NCBI RefSeq assembly: GCF_001194135.2
Contig: NC_068986.1
Location: 16,459,699 to 16,494,623 of the forward strand
DNA: 34,925 nt
Direction: 5' to 3'
Origin: Octopus bimaculoides
Taxonomy: Eukaryota
The notes under the pieces are model-generated. The model worked only from the letters and a program-made list of their open reading frames with translations. It ran no database searches and was not told where the DNA came from. Positions 34,901 to 34,925 of this stretch are shown here, piece by piece; within the stretch, counting starts at the first letter, position 1, and every line of letters begins with the position of its first letter. Position numbers and translations under genes: made by a program.

Positions 34901-34925
34901 ATATATATATATATATATATATATA

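Overview
This is AT-rich eukaryotic scaffold DNA with 15 N-gaps, nearly all flanked by microsatellites. The repeat families and the extreme (TA)n/(CA)n/(TATC)n density point to a coleoid cephalopod, most likely Octopus (inference). No host protein-coding gene can be supported; the long ORFs in the track are artefacts of gaps and microsatellites. The window is intronic or intergenic and full of transposon relics: about 15 tRNA-derived SINE copies or fragments (Meta-, CORE- and V-domain types), a DD41D-like mariner relic, a Tc1 relic, an R4/Dong-like LINE 3' end, two CR1-like LINE fragments, a non-autonomous long-TIR MULE-like element and a short insertion whose 3' tail matches one SINE family. 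The most notable observations are three type I hammerhead ribozyme folds (a tandem pair at 15035-15074 and 15186-15221, and a near-canonical one at 34642-34703 on the minus strand), two independent register-matched SINE-into-SINE insertions, and a candidate partner-LINE 3' end sitting in a (GATA)n tract. Family names come from recalled consensus features, not database searches.
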